Positions 27,024-35,338 of a DNA stretch of 52,214 bases are shown here, in pieces; position 1 is the first letter of the stretch; the number at the start of each line of letters is the position of its first letter. The stretch spans positions 1,330 to 53,543 of the forward strand of contig DLAC01000001.1 of NCBI GenBank assembly GCA_002493865.1. Reading direction: 5' to 3'. The stretch comes from Bacillales bacterium UBA7057 (GTDB taxonomy: Bacteria > Bacillota_I > Bacilli_A > RF39 > UBA660). The notes under the pieces were generated by a model. It did not search any database and was not told the DNA's origin. It saw only the letters and a list, made by a program, of their open reading frames with translations. Both the position numbers and the translations under genes were made by a program.

Positions 27024-27956
27024 TTAAATGACTTCGATATCATCATCATCCGCTGATTTTTTTTGTTTTGGTTCCGTATGTTGGGTAGTTAGTGGTTCTA
27101 GATCTAAAAGTTCAGTATCCTCATCCATGAACTCGGTATCAGAGGATGGATTTTCTTTGATTGGTGGTGGAGAAGTTTTCGGAGGTGTAGAATTTACAGG
27201 ACTTGGAGATGGTACAATCGGTGGTGACTGTACTTGTACAGGTGCGGTTTGAGTGATTGTTGGTGAAGAAACAGTAGCTGGAGATACAGTTGATACTGAC
27301 TCTACATTTTCTACGTTTTGTAAAGATGAAGATACGCTATCTGGTTCTAAAACTTCCACTTGATTTTCCTTCTGTTCCTGTAATCTTTCCTTCCGTCGAT
27401 GAATGAATCTCCATATTTCTAAAAACAGCGACGCAGCAATTGGTAATACAACGGAAATCAAAAATCCAATTTTACTAGTAACAAAAGTTCTAACATAGCC
27501 AAGCATTGGAATTCTAAAAAGCACTTTTCCAATGACTTCACTTTGACGAATAATTGCTTTATCCTCTTTATTATTATTATCACCTTTCGTTCGATAGGCT
27601 TTTTCACCATTTTCGGTTTTAAGAATTCCAACTACACGGTGCGTAATTGGTACTCCATGGGTATCTATTTCCTTAGATAAAAACGTAATGATATCATACA
27701 TACCAATTTTATTTTGTGATACACGTGCAGTAATCACTGCATCATACACATTAATATTTGGTACCATACTGGGACTAATAATTACATAAGCACTAAAAAG
27801 AGGCGCCCTTGATTCATGATTTTTTAGCGCAACAACTCGATCCCCAATTGTAATCACTACCATAGAAACTACAACTACTAAAATCATCAATAGTGCATAC
27901 AGGACCATAGAAGATAAATAATGTAAGAGTTTTTTTATTTTCTTCACTAGTGACAC
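27024..27956 (-). CDS. Signal peptidase I, SipW (archaeal/ER) type, with a long Pro/Ser-rich acidic C-terminal tail
   Basis: Catalytic Ser block ISPSMVPNI. HRV and KGDNNN blocks typical of SipW-like S26B enzymes. A second TM follows, then ~130 aa of low complexity (SPPIVPSPSPVNSTPPKTSPPPIK ... DDDDIEVI). The start is probably the GTG at 27947. Confidence 0.7.
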   Translation of the reverse strand: MSLVKKIKKLLHYLSSMVLYALLMILVVVVSMVVITIGDRVVALKNHESRAPLFSAYVIISPSMVPNINVYDAVITARVSQNKIGMYDIITFLSKEIDTHGVPITHRVVGILKTENGEKAYRTKGDNNNKEDKAIIRQSEVIGKVLFRIPMLGYVRTFVTSKIGFLISVVLPIAASLFLEIWRFIHRRKERLQEQKENQVEVLEPDSVSSSLQNVENVESVSTVSPATVSSPTITQTAPVQVQSPPIVPSPSPVNSTPPKTSPPPIKENPSSDTEFMDEDTELLDLEPLTTQHTEPKQKKSADDDDIEVI

Positions 27957-28029
27957 CTCTTTTTATTTTCTATTTCAATCATACCATAATGAAAAAAGAA
28001 ATTCCATAAAAAAAAGAGCAAACGCCCTT

Positions 28030-28617
28030 TTACCAACCCCATCTAAGAATTTCGTAATGAACGCTTTGTTGTCTTCCAATGGTATTCATATTATCTGTTT
28101 CTGGTACTAAAAAATCTAAAAGTGTACCTTTAATAGCTCCCCCACGATCTAATACAATTCCAATGATTGGATCTCCAGAAAATGATACATTTGAAAATTG
28201 AACAATAGTTCCACAAGGGATAGAAGAATCAGCTGCTAAAATTCGCACCGTTCCATAAGTCGAATCACTAAAATATATATTTCCATTACGAACATCTTGT
28301 CTTGGTGGGCAACTTACTTTTCCACTACATCCAACACAATTTGCTTTATACGCAGTCATTTGTCCAGTAAACGAAATCGGAGTGGTTGGTCCGTATTTTT
28401 TAATCTCCTCAATAGAAGATACTGCCATTACATCCAATTTTTTATCTTGGTTGTTATATTTACTAACGATATGAATCGCTTCTACTGACTTAACTCCATT
28501 CATATTAGAAACTGTATTTGTGCTCTTTGAGTTTCCACTTGCTATTAAGAAAAGAGAAACAAAACAAGTAGTTACCAGCATCATACGATACATCATTGCT
28601 TTATAAAACTTTTTCAT
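28030..28617 (-). CDS. 3D-domain (MltA/RlpA-like barrel) cell-wall protein
   Basis: N-terminal signal/anchor. The C-terminal block MTAY...C.GCSG ... G.V.LAAD.SIPCGT.V ... IVLDRGGAIKG..LD is typical of the 3D domains of YabE/YuiC-type proteins. Confidence 0.7.
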   Translation of the reverse strand: MKKFYKAMMYRMMLVTTCFVSLFLIASGNSKSTNTVSNMNGVKSVEAIHIVSKYNNQDKKLDVMAVSSIEEIKKYGPTTPISFTGQMTAYKANCVGCSGKVSCPPRQDVRNGNIYFSDSTYGTVRILAADSSIPCGTIVQFSNVSFSGDPIIGIVLDRGGAIKGTLLDFLVPETDNMNTIGRQQSVHYEILRWGW

Positions 28618-28670
28618 ATTCCACCCGTTACCCTATCCTTACTCTTTGTATTGTATTCACTATAACACAT

Positions 28671-29432
28671 TTAATTGGTCAAGTCAAATAATTGCATTGC
28701 ATTTTTTGTAGTAACGGTTCCTACTTCCTCTATAGATATCCCCTTTAAATCTGCAATTTTCTTTGCAATATAAGGGATATTCTTAGATTCATTAGTAGTT
28801 CCTCGAACAGGTTCTGGAGCTAAATAAGGACTATCAGTTTCTAATAAAAGACTTGTTAACGGAAGTTGTTCTACGACACTTCCAAGCTTACTGTTTTTGA
28901 ATGTTAAAACACCACCAATTCCTAAATAATAACCTAAATCAATAAATTTTTTTGCCATTTCTAGGCTTCCACTGAAACAATGAATTACTCCTTTTACCCC
29001 TTTAAATTCTTTTAGAATCTCATAAGTTTCATTCATGGCATCTCGACTATGAATCACAACAGGAAGATGAAGTTTTTCTGCAAGTTCTAATTGTTTTCTA
29101 AATACTTCTCTTTGGGTTTCTTTATTGTCTTTTTCCCAGTAATAGTCTAAACCAATCTCCCCAATTGCTACAATTTTAGGATTTTTCTGAATTGTTTCTT
29201 CTAAAATCTCATAATCTTTATCCACAATTTTGTTACTAATTTCTGGATGATATCCAACACAAGCATATAAATTTTTATATTTATCAACAAATTCTGTGGA
29301 TAAAAGAAGATCTTCTTTTTCACAAAAAGAGGCGATGAGGTACTTAACTCCCGCTTGTTTTGCGTTTTCAACGAATAAATCAGGAGAAGTCCCAAAATCA
29401 TTACCAATATGAGTATGTGTATCTATAAACAT
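28671..29432 (-). CDS. tatD: TatD-family metal-dependent hydrolase/DNase
   Basis: FIDTHTH start, GEIGLDY, VIHSRDA, HCFSG, LETDSPYL blocks. Confidence 0.92.
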   Translation of the reverse strand: MFIDTHTHIGNDFGTSPDLFVENAKQAGVKYLIASFCEKEDLLLSTEFVDKYKNLYACVGYHPEISNKIVDKDYEILEETIQKNPKIVAIGEIGLDYYWEKDNKETQREVFRKQLELAEKLHLPVVIHSRDAMNETYEILKEFKGVKGVIHCFSGSLEMAKKFIDLGYYLGIGGVLTFKNSKLGSVVEQLPLTSLLLETDSPYLAPEPVRGTTNESKNIPYIAKKIADLKGISIEEVGTVTTKNAMQLFDLTN

Positions 29433-29495
29433 AAATATCGCTCCATTTCATACTCATTATAGCACAAAAAAGATAGTCCTTATTTCGAACTATCC
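29430..29495 (-). repeat. Copy 1 of a ~66-nt terminator/promoter/RBS module (upstream of tatD)
   Basis: The minus strand reads GGATAGTTCGAAATAAGGACTATCTTTTTTGTGCTATAATGAGTATGAAATGGAGCGATATTTATG. It is about 80% identical to the copy at 30384-30449. Confidence 0.75.
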
Positions 29496-29519
29496 ATTTT
29501 GTCAAATATGAAAACATTC

Positions 29520-30386
29520 TTAATTCATCTTCAGTTTCTTGACCCAATCATTTATTAGATTTCCAATTTCTGTTTCCTTGTTTCTATAAGTATGCCCTGT
29601 ACCCTCTATAATCTCATATTGAAAATCAGGACAATGGGTGGCTTTTTCTTTTAGTAAATCTAAATGTAGATAATGATCCTTTTCATTAGAGCCAGAAAAA
29701 GTGAGAATCGGTACGTCGATTGTTTCAAATTGTTCCCAATGTTCTGGATTAGCAATTACAGGTAAATTATTAAGAAGAGAACCATCATGATACCAATTAT
29801 AATAAGTTCCTGAGCTCATATACATATAATCTTCAATCATTTTATGAAGTAACTTTTCTGGTTCATTATGATCTATATTTTCTTTGGCTTCCTGAAGTAA
29901 TTCTTGATATTCATCTGATTGTATAGATAAATGTGAGCCAACCATGTCAGGAGCACTCGCTAGTACCATTCCTAAAATATCTGGGTGCTTTTTATAATAA
30001 TAGTAAATTACTTTGTTACATCCATAACTGTGACCTAACAAAATGATCTTTTTGTATCCCCTATTTTTAGCTGTTTCTATCGCTAAATCTATATCATAAA
30101 TGCATTCTTCAAATATTTCATACATACAGCCATATCTTTTTGTGGATCCATCTTTCATGACAATATCATTTTCAATGGAATGGCCTCGATTATGTTCATA
30201 AATAAAACCAATATTTTCTTTCGATAATAATTTACCCCATACCGTAGCAAAATAATTATCAATGATTGTTCCACATGTTCCATGAATACAAATGACACAT
30301 ATATCTTTTTCATTACTCTCAAAATGTACCATAGGTAATTTTAATCCATCGGTAGTATAAACATTACTAATAAATTCAATATCCAT
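29520..30386 (-). CDS. Alpha/beta-fold hydrolase
   Basis: Nucleophile elbow GHSYG, and a C-terminal GTGH block containing the likely catalytic His. 288 aa. Confidence 0.7.
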   Translation of the reverse strand: MDIEFISNVYTTDGLKLPMVHFESNEKDICVICIHGTCGTIIDNYFATVWGKLLSKENIGFIYEHNRGHSIENDIVMKDGSTKRYGCMYEIFEECIYDIDLAIETAKNRGYKKIILLGHSYGCNKVIYYYYKKHPDILGMVLASAPDMVGSHLSIQSDEYQELLQEAKENIDHNEPEKLLHKMIEDYMYMSSGTYYNWYHDGSLLNNLPVIANPEHWEQFETIDVPILTFSGSNEKDHYLHLDLLKEKATHCPDFQYEIIEGTGHTYRNKETEIGNLINDWVKKLKMN

Positions 30387-30449
30387 AAATATCCCTCAAT
30401 TCCACTTCCATTATAACACAAAAAGGATAGCCCTTATTTGGAACTATCC
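30384..30449 (-). repeat. Copy 2 of the ~66-nt terminator/promoter/RBS module (upstream of the hydrolase gene)
   Basis: The minus strand reads GGATAGTTCCAAATAAGGGCTATCCTTTTTGTGTTATAATGGAAGTGGAATTGAGGGATATTTATG. The hairpin overlaps the last codons of ORF 30434-30865. Confidence 0.75.
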
Positions 30450-30865
30450 GAAATTGTTTTCTGCTTTCTATATATAATAGCAGGAGTCGTTAAATTAAAA
30501 CGGTTAAAGGTATAAAATCCATTTTGCCAAATACATAAATTTTCAATATGATAATAACCATAAGAATTCCCTTCTCCCATGACGAAATTAGGAGGATAAA
30601 TATCTATAAATTCCTGAACATGTGCCCCATTTTCATAGTATGGTTTCCCCATTTCTTGAAGCATCACTTTCTTCACTGCATATAACGTATATTTTTCTTT
30701 TAATGACTCAATCGTTTGAATCAGTCGATGAAATGGGTTCTTATTCTTAAGTCCTAAATCAACTTCTTCCATTGTGAGAATTCTGTCACTATAAACATCC
30801 TCTAATTCATCAATTCCTACCATTGTAAATTCTTCTTCTTTTTTCATAAACATCCCCCGAATCAT
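30434..30865 (-). CDS. Hypothetical protein (about 140 aa)
   Basis: The start overlaps the metG stop (ATGA). No recognisable motif, and it is not similar to the tRNA-binding C-terminal domain that this MetRS lacks. Confidence 0.5.
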   Translation of the reverse strand: MIRGMFMKKEEEFTMVGIDELEDVYSDRILTMEEVDLGLKNKNPFHRLIQTIESLKEKYTLYAVKKVMLQEMGKPYYENGAHVQEFIDIYPPNFVMGEGNSYGYYHIENLCIWQNGFYTFNRFNLTTPAIIYRKQKTISDSSK

Positions 30866-32403
30866 TTATTTTCTAATTCTTTGAGTTTCTTTTCTTTATC
30901 AATTCTCATAAATAAAGCTTCTGCATTTAAAGATTCATAGGTATTATCTTCTAAGTATATTGTATCTTTCTTACTATTATTGATTTGTGTTTGAATCTTC
31001 TCACTAGTCTCCGGTAAATAAGGACTTAAGAAAATTCCACAAACACGAATAGATTCTAATAAGTTATACAACACTGTCATTAGACGATTCTTTCTATCTC
31101 CTTCTTTTGCTAAAACCCAAGGTTCTGTTTCATCGATATATTTGTTACTACGACGAAGAACTTCAAATATTTCATCAAGTGCTGCTCCAATTTCAAGACG
31201 CGCCATTTTTTCTTCCACACGATCTTCAAGTGAATTAATTGCATCAATTAATTCTTGATCCATAGACTCTATTACCTTCTTATTCGAAATTGGCTCATCA
31301 AAATATTTATTTACCATAGAAATCGTACGATTTACTAAGTTTCCTAAGATATTTGCTAAATCTCCATTGATTCTTTCAATCAGTAAGTCATAAGTTAACG
31401 TTCCATCATTCGCAAAAGGAATTTCATGAAGTACATAGTAACGAACTGCATCAACACCAAACTCCTCGACTAAATCATCCGCATAGATTACATTTCCTTT
31501 AGATTTACTCATTTTTCCATCTCCAACCAGTAGCCAAGGGTGTCCAAATACTTGTTTTGGAAGTGGTAAATCCAAGCTCATTAAGAAACAAGGCCAATAA
31601 ATGGTATGAAAGCGAATAATATCTTTTCCAATTAGATGAAGATCAGCTGGCCAATTTTTATAGAACTCTTCACTAGAACCATCAGGATCATATCCGATAT
31701 TCGTAATATAGTTCGTTAAAGCATCCAACCATACATAAACAACATGCTTTGGATCAAAATCAACAGGAATTCCCCAATCAAAGGAAGTTCTAGAAACACA
31801 TAAGTCTTGAAGTCCTGGTTTTAAGAAGTTATTAATCATCTCATTCTTTCTAGACTCTGGTTGAATAAATTCTGGATGATCCTCAATATATTGAATCAAT
31901 CGGTCCTGATACTTAGAAAGTTTAAAAAAGTATGCTTCTTCACTTTTTGGTTGCACTTCTCTGCCACAATCTGGACACTTTCCATCCACTAACTGACTTT
32001 CTGTAAAGAAAGATTCACAAGGAGTACAATAAAGTCCTTCATATTTTCCTAAGTAAATATCCCCTTGATCATACATTTTCTTAAATATTTTTTGAACAAT
32101 TTTTTCATGATGTTCATCTGTCGTACGAACAAATCGGTCATAACTTGTATTCATAACATCCCAAATTCTTTGAATTTCCCCTGCAACCTCATCCACAAAT
32201 TGCTTTGGAGAAATCCCTTTTTCATTTGCCTTAATCTGAATTTTTTCTCCATGCTCATCCGTACCTGTTTGAAAATATACATCAAAGCCTTTTAATCTTT
32301 TATAACGCGCAATCGCATCTGCTAAAACAATCTCATAGGTATTACCGATATGAGGTTTCCCTGATGTGTAAGCAATTGCTGTTGTAATATAATATTTTTC
32401 CAT
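30862..32403 (-). CDS. metG: Methionine--tRNA ligase (short form, no C-terminal tRNA-binding domain)
   Basis: HIGN (KPHIGNTYE) and KMSKS signatures. Zinc knuckle CTPCESF...CPDCG. 513 aa. Confidence 0.95.
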   Translation of the reverse strand: MEKYYITTAIAYTSGKPHIGNTYEIVLADAIARYKRLKGFDVYFQTGTDEHGEKIQIKANEKGISPKQFVDEVAGEIQRIWDVMNTSYDRFVRTTDEHHEKIVQKIFKKMYDQGDIYLGKYEGLYCTPCESFFTESQLVDGKCPDCGREVQPKSEEAYFFKLSKYQDRLIQYIEDHPEFIQPESRKNEMINNFLKPGLQDLCVSRTSFDWGIPVDFDPKHVVYVWLDALTNYITNIGYDPDGSSEEFYKNWPADLHLIGKDIIRFHTIYWPCFLMSLDLPLPKQVFGHPWLLVGDGKMSKSKGNVIYADDLVEEFGVDAVRYYVLHEIPFANDGTLTYDLLIERINGDLANILGNLVNRTISMVNKYFDEPISNKKVIESMDQELIDAINSLEDRVEEKMARLEIGAALDEIFEVLRRSNKYIDETEPWVLAKEGDRKNRLMTVLYNLLESIRVCGIFLSPYLPETSEKIQTQINNSKKDTIYLEDNTYESLNAEALFMRIDKEKKLKELENK

Positions 32404-32427
32404 AATTTTTCCTCTTTTCTCTCTTTT

Positions 32428-32913
32428 TTAATTGCTAGAATCCGTAGACCCAAGTCCACCAATTCTTTCGTTTTGAATTTCTTCTTCATTATCTACTGTT
32501 AAGAATTTAGTAAATATTGCTTGACAAATTTTATCTCCTGCATGAACGACATAATCTTCTTCTCCATGATTCTGAAGCCTGATCCAAGCATGTCCTTCAT
32601 TGGTAGGATTGTCACAGTAATCTGCTTCAAATACTCCAACTTGGTTGCACATTCGGACATTATACTTAAAACCCTGACTGCTACGGACTAACAAAAACAT
32701 GACATCTCCTGAATTCATATGAATTTTTACGCCTAAAGGAATTTTTTTGGTTTCACCCGGTTTTAAAGTAAAATCAAAGATTGCTTCGAAGTCATAGCCA
32801 GCAGCTTCCTTTGTACTCCTTCTAGGAATAGAATATGCATCATATAGTTTTTTATCCTCACATACGTCCTTTTTAAATTGTTCAAAACTAATTTTTTCAA
32901 AATATCTTGCCAT
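32428..32913 (-). CDS. dut: dUTP diphosphatase-like protein (YncF/YosS-type trimeric dUTPase family)
   Basis: Blocks AAGYDF, VRSSQGFK, GDKICQAIF and C-terminal RIGGLGSTD parallel B. subtilis YncF (PRSS, GDRICQFRI, RGGLGSTG). Confidence 0.75.
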   Translation of the reverse strand: MARYFEKISFEQFKKDVCEDKKLYDAYSIPRRSTKEAAGYDFEAIFDFTLKPGETKKIPLGVKIHMNSGDVMFLLVRSSQGFKYNVRMCNQVGVFEADYCDNPTNEGHAWIRLQNHGEEDYVVHAGDKICQAIFTKFLTVDNEEEIQNERIGGLGSTDSSN

Positions 32914-32935
32914 ACGAACTACCTCTCTTTTTTTA

Positions 32936-33403
32936 TTATCTTTTTATTACTTTCTGTGCACCACCCTGGATAACGATAAAATTTTTTCTATTGATAAATC
33001 TACGAACTTTTTGGATGTAATCTCCATTATAGTAAGTTAAGAATATCCTTCTAGGTTGCTCCCGAACATCAAGAAAAGCTTGACCACTACTAGTAATAGT
33101 GGAATGAGTCTCTACCTCATAGGTTTCCTCTCCCTCATTGATTGCTAAAATATGTAATGGTATTCCTAATTCATTTGCCACTTTTCTTTTTTGATGTGCA
33201 TTATTTTGTAATTGTTCTTTCTGTTTTTGTGTGAATGGGGAACAGTAGTTACCATTACAAATAATAGATAGCCTATCACTTTCTAGACTTGCTAATTTTG
33301 GATAATATCTTCTTACATAATCACAAATCGAGATATCATTCCCATCTCTATATGGAAGAAATATACCTGATTCTATCATTGGAATTACATAATATTTTTT
33401 CAT
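32936..33403 (-). CDS. Hypothetical protein (155 aa), first gene after the T-box leader
   Basis: Start refined to MKKYYVIPMIESG after RBS AGGGGGAAAA. The ORF-track extension to 33466 runs through the T-box terminator and is rejected. Confidence 0.55.
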   Translation of the reverse strand: MKKYYVIPMIESGIFLPYRDGNDISICDYVRRYYPKLASLESDRLSIICNGNYCSPFTQKQKEQLQNNAHQKRKVANELGIPLHILAINEGEETYEVETHSTITSSGQAFLDVREQPRRIFLTYYNGDYIQKVRRFINRKNFIVIQGGAQKVIKR

Positions 33404-33420
33404 AATTTTCCCCCTAGAAT

Positions 33421-33642
33421 AAAAAAACGATCTTTCTTCCATAAGGACGAAAAATCGCGGTACCACCTTAATTGATAAATATAGAATTTATCCACTTGAT
33501 TCCTTAACGCGGAAATTTCGTATAAACCTACATATCGATTTATCTGTTCTGGAACCATCTATTATAATCTTTCTATATCTCTTTCACCAAACGAGACTCT
33601 CTTAAATAGAAATCATATAACTCTTTCCTTCATAACATTTGC
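33421..33642 (-). promoter_or_regulatory. T-box riboswitch leader (probable Met/AUG specifier) with intrinsic terminator
   Basis: The minus strand carries the canonical T-box sequence AAGGTGGTACCGCG (33456-33469). A terminator follows: CGATTTTTCGTCC-TTAT-GGAAGAAAGATCG plus a T7 run. Stem I elements are ATGAAGGAAAGAG, the AGAGAG bay and the GGTGAAAG distal loop. The candidate specifier is ATG in AATAGATGGTTCC (33556-33558). Confidence 0.8.
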
Positions 33643-33648
33643 GACTTT

Positions 33649-33677
33649 ATTATAACACACTGAATTTTAAATGTAAA
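33649..33677 (-). promoter_or_regulatory. Sigma-A promoter of the T-box leader (TTTACA-17-TATAAT, TGT extended -10)
   Basis: The minus strand reads TTTACATTTAAAATTCAGTGTGTTATAAT. Confidence 0.6.
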
Positions 33678-33747
33678 CTGATTAATTTCCTAGACAAAGT
33701 AACAGGTTTGTGATAAAATATAAAACCGAAAAAAGGGGGATTTAAAA

Positions 33748-34674
33748 ATGCCACTATATATATCTCATGCCATCATGGGAAACAGTTTATATGAAGAAGC
33801 AAACAAAGATGAAAAATTATTTAAATTACCCATCAATGTGCATTCATTAAGAGGGTACTCACAGGGGATGGATTTTGCTACATTTTCAAACCCAAATGCT
33901 CACAGTAATAAAACTCAAGAATTTTTATTAACACTCATTCAATATATAAAAGAAAATGATTTAACAGAGGATAGCGAAGTCTTAGCATTTCTTTATGGTC
34001 ATATCAGTCACTATTTCTTTGATACAAAAGCCCATCCTTTGATTTATTATATAGAACAGGGATGTCAAAAAGTAGGAATGTTTACTCCACATAATCTTGT
34101 GGAAGGTTATATAGATACTTATTTGATTAGAAATATTATGCATAAAGAACGAGTACAAATAAACGAACATTTTTTTAATCAAATAGACTTAAAAAATCCA
34201 GTAATCATAAAACTCATCAAAGATGTTCATTATAAAACCTATCAAGATAAAAATATCATGAAATCCACCTATTTAACGTTATTCCTTTCTAGTTTGATTG
34301 AGATTGTATCAAAAAGTCCTATGATGACAGAAAATTTTCTTATTTGGTTATCCTCATTTCAAAAATTTTTAGAAGTAAATCAATTAACTAAGGAAGAAAT
34401 TGTGAACAGTAATAATGATACTTGGAAAGTTCCTACAACAGGAGAAAAGCATCAAGAAAGCTTTTTACAAATATATCAAGATGCTCTTAGTACAACATTA
34501 GAAGCAATGAATGAAGTAAATAAATATTTATACAATGTAAAGTCAATCTCCTCGTTAGAAAAAGTATTCCCAGATATTTCTTACGATACAGGTTGCCCTC
34601 TTTCTCTAGGATTAGAAATGAAACATATTAGAGGAATGGATAATAACACGAAAGCTTACCAATTTAAAAAGTAA
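33748..34674 (+). CDS. Putative zinc-dependent phospholipase C-family / metal-dependent hydrolase
   Basis: The only plus-strand gene. RBS AAAGGGGGA. His-rich blocks (ISHAIMG, LYGHISHYFFDTKAHPLIYY, HNLVEGYID) resemble uncharacterised Zn_dep_PLPC-family proteins. Recognition by eye only. Confidence 0.4.
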   Translation: MPLYISHAIMGNSLYEEANKDEKLFKLPINVHSLRGYSQGMDFATFSNPNAHSNKTQEFLLTLIQYIKENDLTEDSEVLAFLYGHISHYFFDTKAHPLIYYIEQGCQKVGMFTPHNLVEGYIDTYLIRNIMHKERVQINEHFFNQIDLKNPVIIKLIKDVHYKTYQDKNIMKSTYLTLFLSSLIEIVSKSPMMTENFLIWLSSFQKFLEVNQLTKEEIVNSNNDTWKVPTTGEKHQESFLQIYQDALSTTLEAMNEVNKYLYNVKSISSLEKVFPDISYDTGCPLSLGLEMKHIRGMDNNTKAYQFKK

Positions 34675-34704
34675 GCTTTTTATAATGTAGATAGAATTAT
34701 CTTA

Positions 34705-35232
34705 CTATTCCTCTATAGTTTTTATAAAAAATGAACTTAACATCTGACAAATTAAAAAATCAGACTCTTCTAATGGATTTTCATCAAACAAAATAATGGC
34801 ACCTAAAACATCACTATCTACAAGAATAGGACTCATTACATAACTACACTTCTCTTCAACAGTATCAATAAAAGAAACAGGTTCAATAGAAAACTGTTGA
34901 TCGTTTTTACGACTCATTACTAAATTTAATAACTGAGAAGAAATAGATTGATTTAAGTATGTCTCTTCTAAATTTTTACTACATGCTAAAACGTGATCTA
35001 AATCTACAATAATGATATTCTTTTTCAAGGTATTTGAAACAATAGAAACCATTTTTTTCGCGGTAGAACTAAGATTATTGAGATGAGAAAATTTTCTAAG
35101 AATGATGGAATCCTTTTCTACATAGATTTCTAAAGTATCCCCTTCTCTAATTTTAAGTGTTTTTCGAATCTCTTTAGGAATTACAACTCTTCCTAATTCA
35201 TCAATTCTTCTTACAATTCCAGTTGATTTCAT
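34705..35232 (-). CDS. spoVT: Stage V sporulation protein T (AbrB-type N-terminal domain plus GAF-like C-terminal domain)
   Basis: Start refined to MKSTGIVRRIDELGRVVIPKEIRKTLKIREGDTLEIY, the canonical SpoVT/AbrB swapped-hairpin domain. The ~175-aa length fits SpoVT rather than AbrB. Confidence 0.85.
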   Translation of the reverse strand: MKSTGIVRRIDELGRVVIPKEIRKTLKIREGDTLEIYVEKDSIILRKFSHLNNLSSTAKKMVSIVSNTLKKNIIIVDLDHVLACSKNLEETYLNQSISSQLLNLVMSRKNDQQFSIEPVSFIDTVEEKCSYVMSPILVDSDVLGAIILFDENPLEESDFLICQMLSSFFIKTIEE

Positions 35233-35338
35233 TTTTTTCCCTCTTTCTACAATTAGTATCGTAAAAAGAAGCATTTTTATACAAAGAAAAAGAGAATTTC
35301 TTCTCTTCTTTTAAAAATATTTTATAAGTATAAATTAC

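Noticed and set aside
30434-30865. Whether the ORF coupled to metG is the split-off C-terminal tRNA-binding (Trbp111/EMAP-like) domain that this short MetRS lacks.
   Set aside because: The sequence shows none of the OB-fold blocks of that domain that I recall (for example DLRV..V..AE.V..ADKLL, SGI...Y). It appears unrelated.
33404-33466. N-terminal extension of ORF 32936-33466 (MVPRFFVLMEERSFFYSRGKI).
   Set aside because: It is translated straight through the T-box sequence and its terminator hairpin. A good RBS (AGGGGGAAAA) precedes the internal ATG at 33403.
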